Shown: positions 16,908-25,876 of the stretch, piece by piece
How the letters are laid out: the number at the start of each line of letters is the position of its first letter
Numbering within the stretch: the stretch's first letter is position 1
IMG/VR virus record: IMGVR_UViG_3300017912_002925
Span: 1 to 26,311 of that record
From: a virus
Lineage: Duplodnaviria; Caudoviricetes
Direction: 5' to 3' (one strand)
Length of the DNA: 26,311 nucleotides
Made by a program: the position numbers and the translations under genes
Notes under the pieces: generated by a model
The model's input: the letters and a program-made list of their open reading frames with translations, nothing else
Told to the model about the DNA's origin: nothing
Databases searched by the model: none

Positions 16908-18448
16908 TGGATAGATGGCAAACGTTTCCACTCGAGTTTGCGGGTGGTTTAATTACTAACATGGCCCCCGTACAGCAGGGCGTACAGTTTCCCGGTTCTG
17001 CGGTAACCCTACGTAACTTTGAACCTTCCGTTGAGGGCGGCTACCGCCGTATCGAAGGATTCACAAAGTGGGATAGCAACGCAATTACTGGTAGCGGAGT
17101 TATCCGTGGAGTCGTTGAGTTTGAACAGGCCGCGATTGCTACACGTGGAACACATGTGTACCGCTCTGGAGGTTCTGGGTGGACTCAATTAACTGACAAC
17201 GCTGTTTACGGATCTGGCGGCGTTAATATCTCAGGCACAGGCCGAACACGGTTTGCTAAACACCACTTTGGATCAAACGATGTCTTAATCATTACGGACG
17301 GAAACGACAAGCCTTATAAATGGGACGGCACAACGTTTGCACAAATAACTACGGCACCGGGAGATGTGGACGGGGCAACTCACGTTATCGCGCACAGAGA
17401 TCAGCTATTCTTTGGTAAGTCGACAACTTTAGCATATTCCGCACCTTTTAGCGACACCGACTTTACAGCGGCTTCTGGCGGCGGTACAATAGAATTTGAC
17501 AGAGCTATCACAGACTTAGTGTCATTTCGTGAGAGCCTTTTCATCTTCACCGAAAATTCAATATTTGAACTACAGGGTACGCCGGGGCAAGACCCTAACA
17601 CTTCAAACGCTTCGTTAAAACCGATAACTCGAGACCTCGGCGCAGTCAGGTCTGATACCGCACAAGAAATAGGCGGTGACATTATATTTTTGGCACACGA
17701 CGGATTAAGGTTGTTGTCAGCTACAGAACGCAACAATGACTTTGGACTTGCGTCTGTTACAAGAAAGATACAGCCGACGATGACGAATTTCGTCAACGCA
17801 TCTTCAAGTTTTTCGAGTATCGTTATTCGAGAAAAATCACAGTATAGATTGCTGGGATATAACCAGAGCTACACTGCTAACGCCGCTCGAGGAATACTAG
17901 GGACACAGTTTTCTGCTCAAGGCGGTACAGACATGGCGTGGGCAGAGTTACGCGGAATTAATGCATACGTAGCGTCTAGTAGCTTAAACGATAACACAGA
18001 GTACGCGCTGTTTGCGAATGCAGATGGGTATGTGTATCGACTAGAGTCTGGAAACACCTTTGACGGAACAGATATCGCGGCTACGTTTAAAACACCTTCG
18101 CTTGCGATTACAGACCCGACAACACGTAAAAATATGTACAAGGCTAAATTGTTTCTAGACCCTCAGGGCGGTTTTACTGCAAGAATGGGAACTGAATTTG
18201 ATTTTGGCGAGACAGACGTAGTACAGCCTGATGACATAGTGTTTTCAAACGAGGCCGCAGAAGTCTCTTTTTACGGTTCAGCAGAGTACGGTACAGAAAA
18301 ATTTGGCGGAAGATTACAGTACATTTTCGATACACAGCTTGTTGGGTCAGGCAACGTTGTGTCTTTTAACTTTTCAAGTGTTTCGGATGATCCGCCGTAC
18401 TCACTTGATTCAATGCTAATTCAATACGGCCAGTACGGTCGGAGGTAA
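16907..18448 (+). CDS. Tail nozzle/tail tubular protein B-like (beta-propeller)
   Basis: GGL start, NFEPSVEGGYRRIEG, and propeller-like repeats (LVSFRESLFIFT, QEIGGDIIFLAHDGLR). GTG start in a TAGTG overlap. Confidence 0.8.
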   Translation: MDRWQTFPLEFAGGLITNMAPVQQGVQFPGSAVTLRNFEPSVEGGYRRIEGFTKWDSNAITGSGVIRGVVEFEQAAIATRGTHVYRSGGSGWTQLTDNAVYGSGGVNISGTGRTRFAKHHFGSNDVLIITDGNDKPYKWDGTTFAQITTAPGDVDGATHVIAHRDQLFFGKSTTLAYSAPFSDTDFTAASGGGTIEFDRAITDLVSFRESLFIFTENSIFELQGTPGQDPNTSNASLKPITRDLGAVRSDTAQEIGGDIIFLAHDGLRLLSATERNNDFGLASVTRKIQPTMTNFVNASSSFSSIVIREKSQYRLLGYNQSYTANAARGILGTQFSAQGGTDMAWAELRGINAYVASSSLNDNTEYALFANADGYVYRLESGNTFDGTDIAATFKTPSLAITDPTTRKNMYKAKLFLDPQGGFTARMGTEFDFGETDVVQPDDIVFSNEAAEVSFYGSAEYGTEKFGGRLQYIFDTQLVGSGNVVSFNFSSVSDDPPYSLDSMLIQYGQYGRR

Positions 18449-18451
18449 AAA

Positions 18452-19843
18452 ATGGGAACTGGATACGTTCGTAACGATACTTCTAATAATATTGCGGATG
18501 GTAACGTCATTAATGCGTCAGACCTTGACGGGGAGTTCGACGCGGTCCAAGCGGCATTTAATGCTTCGACAGGCCACTCGCACGATGGAACAACAGGTGA
18601 AGGGCCACAGTTAACTACTGCTGGTCTTGCAGATGATGCTGTTACCGGGGCAAAAATTGACTCGACAACGACTGTGACGGCGGCGAGTTTTGTTGGACCG
18701 CTGACGGGAAATGCGAGTACAGCAACGACGCTACAAACAGCGCGAACTATCGCGGGGCAGTCTTTTGATGGTTCGGCTAATATATCGATAGCACCGACAG
18801 ACTTAACGAGTGTTACGTCTACAGCTAGTGAGATTAACATCCTTGATGGTGCGACTGTTACTACAGCAGAATTAAATAAACTAGACGGGTTTACGGGCGC
18901 TGTTGCTGATCTCAACTATGCAAAAGACCTAAGAGCAACAGGCGTTACAACCACAGAGTTTGATAAGCTGGACGGATTGACAGCGTCTACAGCAGAACTA
19001 AACATTCTTGATGGAGTAACAGCTACAGCGACAGAGATTAACAAGATTGACGGCTACACAGGTAGCACAGCCGAGCTAAACATTCTAGATGGTGTTACTG
19101 CTACCACTGCTGAACTCAATATTATGGATGGCGTAACAGCCACTACCGCAGAACTTAACTATGTTGACGGCGTAACATCCAATATTCAGACACAGTTAGA
19201 TGCTAAGGGTAACGTATCTGCCCTTTCTGATTTGGGTGTCACTGCGACTGCCGCTGAACTCAACAAGCTCGATAATGTAACTACGAGTGCTACTGAGTTC
19301 AATATTCTTGATGGCGATACTTCTGCTACTTCAACAACCCTTGCTGACGCAGATCGGGTGGTAGTTAACGACAGCGGTACGATGGTACAGGTTGCTATGA
19401 CAGATGTTAAGACGTACACCAACAGCGGTGTACTTCTATCTTCTGCAATTGGGTCTACCGTTCAAGCACACGATGCTGATACAGCAAAGACGGATGTTAC
19501 TCAAACCTTTTCAAAGGCACAGCGTGGTTCTACTCTAACTGACACAACAAACACAGGAAATGTTACTCTAGACTTTGCAACGTATCAGAACTTTGTACTG
19601 ACGCTTACAGGTAACGTTACGCTTGTAAACCCGACGACAGAGGCCGTAGGACAGTCTGGGTTTATTGTGTTAATTCAAGACGGCACAGGCAGTCGTACTT
19701 TGTCTTTAGGTACTGACTACGAAACAGCGGCGGGGGGTGGAATTACTTTGTCTACAGCCGCAAGCACAACTGATATTGTTCCATACATCGTTGCGGCATC
19801 AGGGCGTATTCTGCTTGGCGCACCTCAACTGGCGTTTGCATAA
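18452..19843 (+). CDS. Tail fibre protein with TAELNILDGV repeats
   Basis: N-terminal anchor (IADGNVINASDLDGEFDAV...GHSHDG), TARTIAGQSFDGSANI motif, repeats, and a C-terminal LIQDGTGSRTL domain. GGAGGT RBS. Confidence 0.85.
   Translation: MGTGYVRNDTSNNIADGNVINASDLDGEFDAVQAAFNASTGHSHDGTTGEGPQLTTAGLADDAVTGAKIDSTTTVTAASFVGPLTGNASTATTLQTARTIAGQSFDGSANISIAPTDLTSVTSTASEINILDGATVTTAELNKLDGFTGAVADLNYAKDLRATGVTTTEFDKLDGLTASTAELNILDGVTATATEINKIDGYTGSTAELNILDGVTATTAELNIMDGVTATTAELNYVDGVTSNIQTQLDAKGNVSALSDLGVTATAAELNKLDNVTTSATEFNILDGDTSATSTTLADADRVVVNDSGTMVQVAMTDVKTYTNSGVLLSSAIGSTVQAHDADTAKTDVTQTFSKAQRGSTLTDTTNTGNVTLDFATYQNFVLTLTGNVTLVNPTTEAVGQSGFIVLIQDGTGSRTLSLGTDYETAAGGGITLSTAASTTDIVPYIVAASGRILLGAPQLAFA
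18821..19315 (+). repeat. Degenerate repeats of about 13 aa (T-A-E-L-N-x-L-D-G-V-T-A-T)
   Basis: About ten copies are visible in the translation, with diverged synonymous codons. Confidence 0.85.
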
Positions 19844-22800
19844 TGTTTGATAATTCCCAGTTTTTCGGCGCAGGGGCGGATCCATTCTATCCGCACACTA
19901 TCAATGGCTCTCTTTTTATTGACGGTTCTAATTCTGCCAGCCTTTCTCGTGCGGCTGTTGCTGTTGACGATACCACAAAAGCGACATGGTCTTTTTGGTG
20001 GAAAAGGGCTAGTGGAATATATACAAACTTTTCTAGTGAGGGAGAGTTTTTCCTTCAAAACACTAACGGAACTAACCGTGGTTTTCGGCTCAGAACAAAC
20101 TCTTTAGGTGAAGGCACGTTAAGTCTGTACGTTAACCCAACGTCAGGTACTTCAGCTTACATAATAACTGATAGAGAGTTTAGGGACCAAGCGGGTTGGG
20201 TTCATGTTATATGGCATTGGGATAGTGCTAACGCTGTCGAATCTGAGCGTGTAAGGCTTTATGTTAATGGAACTAGAGTTACTGAATTTAGTCAAGAAAC
20301 TTATCCCCCATTAAATGACGCTCATGATTTTAATACTGGTTTTGGTGGTTGGAGAGTTGGGGCTCTCTCTAGCTACCAAGGAACAAGTGCGGGTAAGAGG
20401 GCATTTAGAGGGTACCTGACAGAGTTTCACTTTATGGACGGGTACAACTATGGCCCTGAATACTTTGGTGAAACAAAAAGTGGAGTTTGGGTTCCAATAG
20501 AAGTTACTGGCGTAACATATGGCACGGGCGGTTGGTACTTGCCTCTGACATCAAACGGCAATGACGCTAGCGGTAACGACAACCATTTTACTGAAAATAG
20601 TGTCGGTGCCCATGATTACAAAACAGACAGTCCAACAAATAACTTTTGCGTTTTAGATGCAAACAATTCTTATAACTTCCGCCTTTCGGAAGGAAACTTA
20701 AAGTTTGCCAATACAACTACACGCTGGGATGGCGCACTTGCTACTTTTGCTGTGCCCAAAACAGGAAAGTGGTACTGGGAAGTTTACATTAATGCAGGAA
20801 CTAACGTAGTTACAGGTCTAGCTAACGGCAGTTCAAATCTAATTAACGATACTGGGTATGATGAATACGAGAACTATTCCTATGGAATAAACCAGACAAG
20901 TGTTCGCTACGGCACAACAGTTATTTCTACCGAGTCTCCCCCAACTTCGTCTTCTGGGGATGTTTTGGGATGGTATGTTGATGATGGTGATGTGTATCTT
21001 TATAAAAATGGAACACAAATTGCGTCACCAACTTCTTGGACATCCAACATGAGCGCAGTGGATTACGATTACTTTCCGCAAATATTTGCGTATGGCAGTG
21101 GCACTGGCGCAACGTTCAATTTTGGACAAGACGGAACATTTGCAGGAGCAACAACTGCGGGAGGTAACTCAGATTCAGAGGGTATAGGGGACTTTAAATA
21201 CACGGTTCCGACAGGAGCAAAAGCATTATGTACCAGTAATTTGCCCGCTCCTGCTTTAGCAGACCCTTCAAACGAAGAAGAAGGTAGAGATTACTTTGAA
21301 ACATTTACATACACAGGTAACGGTGGAGCGTTACAGGTTGGTGATGTTACTAAGAAACCTGCTGATACAACTACGATCAGTAATTCTCTTCTTTTTGTTG
21401 ATGACAACAGTTCTTTTCTAAGCCGTACGCCCAGTACGGGCGGAAGTCAAACCACCTTTACTTTTAGTTGTTGGGTCAAAAGAGCGCAGACTAACAACCA
21501 AACATATCTATTTTCTGCTGGAGCTAGTGGTGCTACGACTGAATTGTTTTATATACAATTAAGAAACGATGCTAACAACCATATTCTTACAGTTGTTTGG
21601 CGAGATGGAAGCTCAACAACTAGGCAACTTACAGCAAGCCGTCAGTTTAAAAACCTAAGTCTTTGGGATCACTTTGTGGTTGCTGTTAAAACTGACGAGT
21701 CAACAGCCGCAGATAGGATAAAGGTTTATGTTAACGGCATACTAGAAACAAATTTCTCCTCCGATGACCGCTCTACGTTATCTGGCAGTTCTAGTTTGGC
21801 CGTAAACGCCGCATCAACGTTGCATACAATAGGTGCGTATAGCGTATCTTCTTCCGGTACTTACTTAGATGCGTATTTAGCGGAAGTTCATTTCATTGAC
21901 GGTACAGCCTACGAAGCGTCAGACTTTGGTAGTTTTGATGCAGGTGGAATCTGGATTCCTAAAGCAGTCTCTGGGCTTACTTATGGTACTAATGGTTTCC
22001 ATCTAGATTTTTCTAGTACAACCCCCGCTACCCAAAGCCTGTCCTTTACAGAATACTGGTCAGATCTTAGTAACTGGACAGGATCTGGAAGTGGTAGCAC
22101 TTCCCTTTCTAATGGTACGGTTTCTTTTGCTCCTACAAGTAGCAGTAGTTGGAATGGGCGTACTTTAACGCATACTTTATCCGCTGATTATCAGGATTTT
22201 GATATCACCTTCAACGATTGGACTATCACCAATGTTAGTAATGATTTAGTTCGGTATCAAATATGGCTAAGAGATTCAGACAACAACGTTGTTGCGGGAT
22301 ACTATTATAGTGATTCTCATGTGCAGACATCTGGTGGCACTGAAGACAATTTATGGGCTTACAATGGCAGTAATCAAATTGAGGACGTACTGTTAGAAGT
22401 AGGCACAGCGGCAAGAACGTATACGCTAGGTCCAGCAGACTTTAGGATTGCAAGAACGGGCAGAGTAGTTACGTTTGATATGCCCGGATTTACTAACATA
22501 TCTGCCATGTCTGCAAATATGAATCCAGTGGATAAGATTGTTTTAACAGTAGAGAGGCTTTCTGGCTACTCATACTCTCCGAATAGTTTAGGAACAATCT
22601 CCGCTACTGGCTCTCCTGTAATTACTACGATAGACGATCAAGAAGGGTCTAATGATTGGACCTTAAACAACATGAATTTTGCGGATTCTCAAACCACAGA
22701 TAGCCCTACAGATAATCATGCTGTCTTTAACTCAGATAGCGGAAACACCTTTACTGATGGAAACCTGTTTACTACCACAGGAACTTCCTCTAATCGCAGA

Positions 22801-24597
22801 TCCGTAGGTACGCTTGGTATGCGAACAGGAAAGCATTACTGGGAGGTAACATTAGGCTCAAGTGTAAGTTATGGCCCTGCAATAGGAATACATAGCAAAG
22901 CGATACCAGTTACAACTAATAGCTTTGTTTTAAATGATGGTGATCCCTCTGCGGGGTATTATAAGGACGGTAATAAATATGTTAACGGCACTGCATCAAG
23001 TTATGGCAGTGCAATGCAAGCGTTTGACACTGTGGGCGTTGCTTATGATGCGGATGCTAAGACTTTAGAGTTCTACTTAAACAATGTTTCTCAAGGGTCT
23101 TTTGGTGTTGGAAGTGAATTTTCAGATGTAGCTTATCCTGTTGTTGGAGACGGCTCTGGTTCGCAAGGCGTTTCTGTCTCCATAAATTTTGGTCAGCTTG
23201 GTTTTGTTTATACTCCACCAACTGGCTACACTGCTCTCTCTCAGAACAACCTATCGGTTGACGAGAACAACCTTGAATCCCCTGACTTTGTGTGGATTAA
23301 GAACCGTGATCAAGCAGATTCTCATCAGCTATACGACAGTGTTCGTGGTATACAAAAAGTTATTTTAAGTGATCCGGGTACAAATCCCTCTCAAGCAAAC
23401 GCACCTAATGGCTTGCTAGACTTTAATAAAAACGGTTTTACCATTGGTAATGACAATACGGTAAACACATTAGGGGAAGACTACGTTGCATGGAATTGGA
23501 AATCTTCTGGAACGGCGCAGTCGGCTACATATGCAGTAAAGGTTGTTTCTGATAGCGGGAATAAATACCGCTTTGACGACTTTGGAAGCAGTGCTGTAAC
23601 TTTAGAGTTATCTGAAGGTGGCACCTACACTTTTGACCAGTCTGATAGCTCAAACTCTGGACATCCTCTTCGTTTCTCAACAACATCTGATGGAACTCAT
23701 GGCGGCGGATCTGAGTACACCACGGGTGTTACAACGAACGGAACGCCCGGTTCAGCAGGGGCTTACACAAGAATTACCGTAGCCGCAGGCGCACCAACTC
23801 TTTACTACTATTGTAGCAGTCACTCTGGTATGGGTGGTCAGGCAAATACCCCGTTTACAAAGGGGTCTAGTAATTTTAAAGGGACGATACAGTCGAAAGT
23901 TCTTGCCAATACGGATAGTGGATTTAGTATTGTTGATTGGACGTATAGTACAACTAGCAACACTGTCGGGCACGGACTAAGCTCTGCGCCAGAAATGATA
24001 CTTGTAAAAGGGTACGATTCAAGCTCCAGTTTAGAATGGATTGTTTGGCACAAAGCCATTGGAACTATGGCCAATAGAAAGTACCTAAAGCTAAATGAAA
24101 ACATTACTACAGCCACAGGGACAAACGCCATATGGGGAGACTCAGATCCTACAACTACAGTGTTTGGGCAGGGATCAGGGTTAGCTTTTGATGGTGACGG
24201 ATGTATTGCCTACTGCTTCCACAGTGTCGATGGTTTCAGTAAATTCGGTAGTTTTGAAGGTAACGAAGAGGCTGGGCAATCCGACGGAGCCTTTGTATAC
24301 ACAGGGTTTGCTCCTGCTTTTGTTATGATTAAAAACTTCGACAGTGCGGCTAATTGGATTATTCTCGATAATAAGCGGCCTAATACAAGTGGGTCAGCAT
24401 TTAACCCTAAAGATACAAGTTCCGGTTTGTATCCTGACTCATCAAGCGCAGAAAGCACTGATGCTACATATCGGGGCGACTTTTTTTCAAATGGTTTTTC
24501 TGTTGCTTCAGGCTCAACAGCGTGGAACAACGGAAACAATACATTTCTTTTTATGGCATTTGGTGAGACACCATTCAAATACGGTAATGCGAGGTAA
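19843..24597 (+). CDS. Large tail/receptor-binding protein (1584 aa): two LamG+SPRY modules, a PDFVWIK-type repeat domain and a cupredoxin-like insert
   Basis: LamG motifs (TWSFWWKR, WVHVIW, RLYVNG; TFSCWVKR, KVYVNG), SPRY motifs (GKWYWEV, GKHYWEV), PDFVWIKNRD/PEMILVK/PAFVMIK repeats, and YYYCSSHSGMGG. Confidence 0.85.
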   Translation: MFDNSQFFGAGADPFYPHTINGSLFIDGSNSASLSRAAVAVDDTTKATWSFWWKRASGIYTNFSSEGEFFLQNTNGTNRGFRLRTNSLGEGTLSLYVNPTSGTSAYIITDREFRDQAGWVHVIWHWDSANAVESERVRLYVNGTRVTEFSQETYPPLNDAHDFNTGFGGWRVGALSSYQGTSAGKRAFRGYLTEFHFMDGYNYGPEYFGETKSGVWVPIEVTGVTYGTGGWYLPLTSNGNDASGNDNHFTENSVGAHDYKTDSPTNNFCVLDANNSYNFRLSEGNLKFANTTTRWDGALATFAVPKTGKWYWEVYINAGTNVVTGLANGSSNLINDTGYDEYENYSYGINQTSVRYGTTVISTESPPTSSSGDVLGWYVDDGDVYLYKNGTQIASPTSWTSNMSAVDYDYFPQIFAYGSGTGATFNFGQDGTFAGATTAGGNSDSEGIGDFKYTVPTGAKALCTSNLPAPALADPSNEEEGRDYFETFTYTGNGGALQVGDVTKKPADTTTISNSLLFVDDNSSFLSRTPSTGGSQTTFTFSCWVKRAQTNNQTYLFSAGASGATTELFYIQLRNDANNHILTVVWRDGSSTTRQLTASRQFKNLSLWDHFVVAVKTDESTAADRIKVYVNGILETNFSSDDRSTLSGSSSLAVNAASTLHTIGAYSVSSSGTYLDAYLAEVHFIDGTAYEASDFGSFDAGGIWIPKAVSGLTYGTNGFHLDFSSTTPATQSLSFTEYWSDLSNWTGSGSGSTSLSNGTVSFAPTSSSSWNGRTLTHTLSADYQDFDITFNDWTITNVSNDLVRYQIWLRDSDNNVVAGYYYSDSHVQTSGGTEDNLWAYNGSNQIEDVLLEVGTAARTYTLGPADFRIARTGRVVTFDMPGFTNISAMSANMNPVDKIVLTVERLSGYSYSPNSLGTISATGSPVITTIDDQEGSNDWTLNNMNFADSQTTDSPTDNHAVFNSDSGNTFTDGNLFTTTGTSSNRRSVGTLGMRTGKHYWEVTLGSSVSYGPAIGIHSKAIPVTTNSFVLNDGDPSAGYYKDGNKYVNGTASSYGSAMQAFDTVGVAYDADAKTLEFYLNNVSQGSFGVGSEFSDVAYPVVGDGSGSQGVSVSINFGQLGFVYTPPTGYTALSQNNLSVDENNLESPDFVWIKNRDQADSHQLYDSVRGIQKVILSDPGTNPSQANAPNGLLDFNKNGFTIGNDNTVNTLGEDYVAWNWKSSGTAQSATYAVKVVSDSGNKYRFDDFGSSAVTLELSEGGTYTFDQSDSSNSGHPLRFSTTSDGTHGGGSEYTTGVTTNGTPGSAGAYTRITVAAGAPTLYYYCSSHSGMGGQANTPFTKGSSNFKGTIQSKVLANTDSGFSIVDWTYSTTSNTVGHGLSSAPEMILVKGYDSSSSLEWIVWHKAIGTMANRKYLKLNENITTATGTNAIWGDSDPTTTVFGQGSGLAFDGDGCIAYCFHSVDGFSKFGSFEGNEEAGQSDGAFVYTGFAPAFVMIKNFDSAANWIILDNKRPNTSGSAFNPKDTSSGLYPDSSSAESTDATYRGDFFSNGFSVASGSTAWNNGNNTFLFMAFGETPFKYGNAR

Positions 24598-24603
24598 TAA
24601 ATA

Positions 24604-25056
24604 ATGTGGACTTATCAAGGTCTTAGAGTAAGAGAAGGCCGGTCATGGGCTAACAGTGACGGTGTTCAGCACCCTTCAAACTGGAACATTTGGACAAATG
24701 ATCAGAAGATAGCCGCAGGGTTAGCTTGGGTAGATGATCCGGTGGTGTCCGCTCCTGTGATTGATCTTGCAACACAAAAAGCAAATGCGATTGCTACGGT
24801 GAAAGCAAAAGCGGGGGATTTACTAGAAAAAACAGATTGGCAGGTCATAAAGGCTACAGAAGTGTCGGACTATACTGTCCCATCTGAAGTGACCACCTAT
24901 CGTGCGGCAGTGCGTACTGCAAGTAATACTATTGAGAGTGCGATTAACAATGCGGCGGATCAAGCGGCATTTAATGCTTTAAGTGATGCTCCTGTTGATG
25001 AAAACGGAGATCCTACTGGCAATGCCCCAATAGACGATTGGCCTGACGAAATCTAA
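24604..25056 (+). CDS. Putative tail fibre assembly/chaperone-like protein (150 aa)
   Basis: Follows the fibre gene. LLEKTDWQVIK...YRAAVR...WP pattern. GAGGT RBS. Confidence 0.7.
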   Translation: MWTYQGLRVREGRSWANSDGVQHPSNWNIWTNDQKIAAGLAWVDDPVVSAPVIDLATQKANAIATVKAKAGDLLEKTDWQVIKATEVSDYTVPSEVTTYRAAVRTASNTIESAINNAADQAAFNALSDAPVDENGDPTGNAPIDDWPDEI

Positions 25057-25235
25057 TGATGGACTCGACGCAAAGCCAACTAGAAAAGCACGAGGCTGAA
25101 TGCGCTATCCGCTACCAGTATGTACAGGATAGTTTGCAGTCATTGGATAAGCGTATGTGGCGTTTAGAAGCCATGATCATGGGATCTACACTAGCTATTG
25201 TAGGTACTGCTGTAGCGTTACTGGTCAATGTGTAA
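25056..25235 (+). CDS. 59-aa coiled-coil protein with a C-terminal TM helix (not in the ORF track); possibly holin- or XhlA-like
   Basis: MMDSTQSQLEKHEAECAIRYQYVQDSLQSLDKRMWRLEAMIMGSTLAIVGTAVALLVNV*. TAATG overlaps at both ends. Confidence 0.8.
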   Translation: MMDSTQSQLEKHEAECAIRYQYVQDSLQSLDKRMWRLEAMIMGSTLAIVGTAVALLVNV

Positions 25236-25876
25236 TGAAGTACACGGAGCGGTGGTCAAAGAGTCGTAGAAAAATGGCTACGGGAGGACAGGTAACTCCC
25301 GGAGAACAGGCAAGAGATCTTGCTGAAGGATGGCGTCGTGCAACTCAACAGGAACCTCCCCGTTTTATTGCTGAAGCGGACCTTCCAGAGTCTTTTCGGA
25401 CGGCACAGAAAGAAGGGCTTAAAATAGCAAAGCAACTATCCCAACAATTTAGGCAGGAATTTAGTGACGTAGACTTTAGTAACCCCACTTCTTTTTCTGA
25501 AGAAACACGACAGCGACTTAACGAAGCTCAAGATCGTTACCGTAGAATACAAGACGAGAGAACAAAAGATCAAAGAGCAGTGATGGAGGCGTTTACTCGT
25601 CAAAATCCCCGTGTTCAAATTGTTAAAGACGTTGCAAAAGCTAGAGCGGAGTACGAAAGAAACATCGCAAAAAACACTGAAGCCCTAGCTAAAGCAAGAC
25701 AAGCGTTGCCTCAACAACCAGCCCGTGCCGCAGAGATGGTTACTTACAAAATTCGAGGAACACCTTTTAGGGCTGTGGGGACTAAAGAGAAACGAGACCA
25801 GTACATTGACGACTACAACCGCAAGCAACAGATAGCCAAACTAGAACGTCAAAAAGCCGCACGGAAAAAAAGATAA
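25235..25876 (+). CDS. 213-aa helical protein with a YTERW...MATGG leader (start corrected from 25157)
   Basis: The ATG at 25235 overlaps the TAA of the 59-aa gene and is in frame with the track ORF. Begins MKYTERWSKSRRKMATGGQV. Confidence 0.75.
   Translation: MKYTERWSKSRRKMATGGQVTPGEQARDLAEGWRRATQQEPPRFIAEADLPESFRTAQKEGLKIAKQLSQQFRQEFSDVDFSNPTSFSEETRQRLNEAQDRYRRIQDERTKDQRAVMEAFTRQNPRVQIVKDVAKARAEYERNIAKNTEALAKARQALPQQPARAAEMVTYKIRGTPFRAVGTKEKRDQYIDDYNRKQQIAKLERQKAARKKR

Noticed and set aside
18570-18590. HSH (HxH) metal motif in the tail fibre N-terminus
   Set aside because: It is a single copy in a commonly seen anchor region, which is not enough to claim an iron-binding fibre.
18821-19315. 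Diversity-generating retroelement or invertible segment in the tail fibre repeats
   Set aside because: The repeats are protein-level and codon-diverged. No reverse transcriptase, adenine-specific TR/VR pair or flanking inverted repeats were noticed.
319-24604. Numerous short minus-strand and alternative-frame ORFs in the track (e.g. 691-1254, 1724-2128, 10005-10343, 18421-18915, 24210-24578)
   Set aside because: They are nested in or opposite well-supported genes, with no recognisable motifs or RBS; they are shadow ORFs.
25157-25234. N-terminal 26 aa of the track ORF 25157-25876 (Cys-rich)
   Set aside because: This overlaps the better-supported 59-aa gene; the coupled ATG at 25235 is the likelier start.
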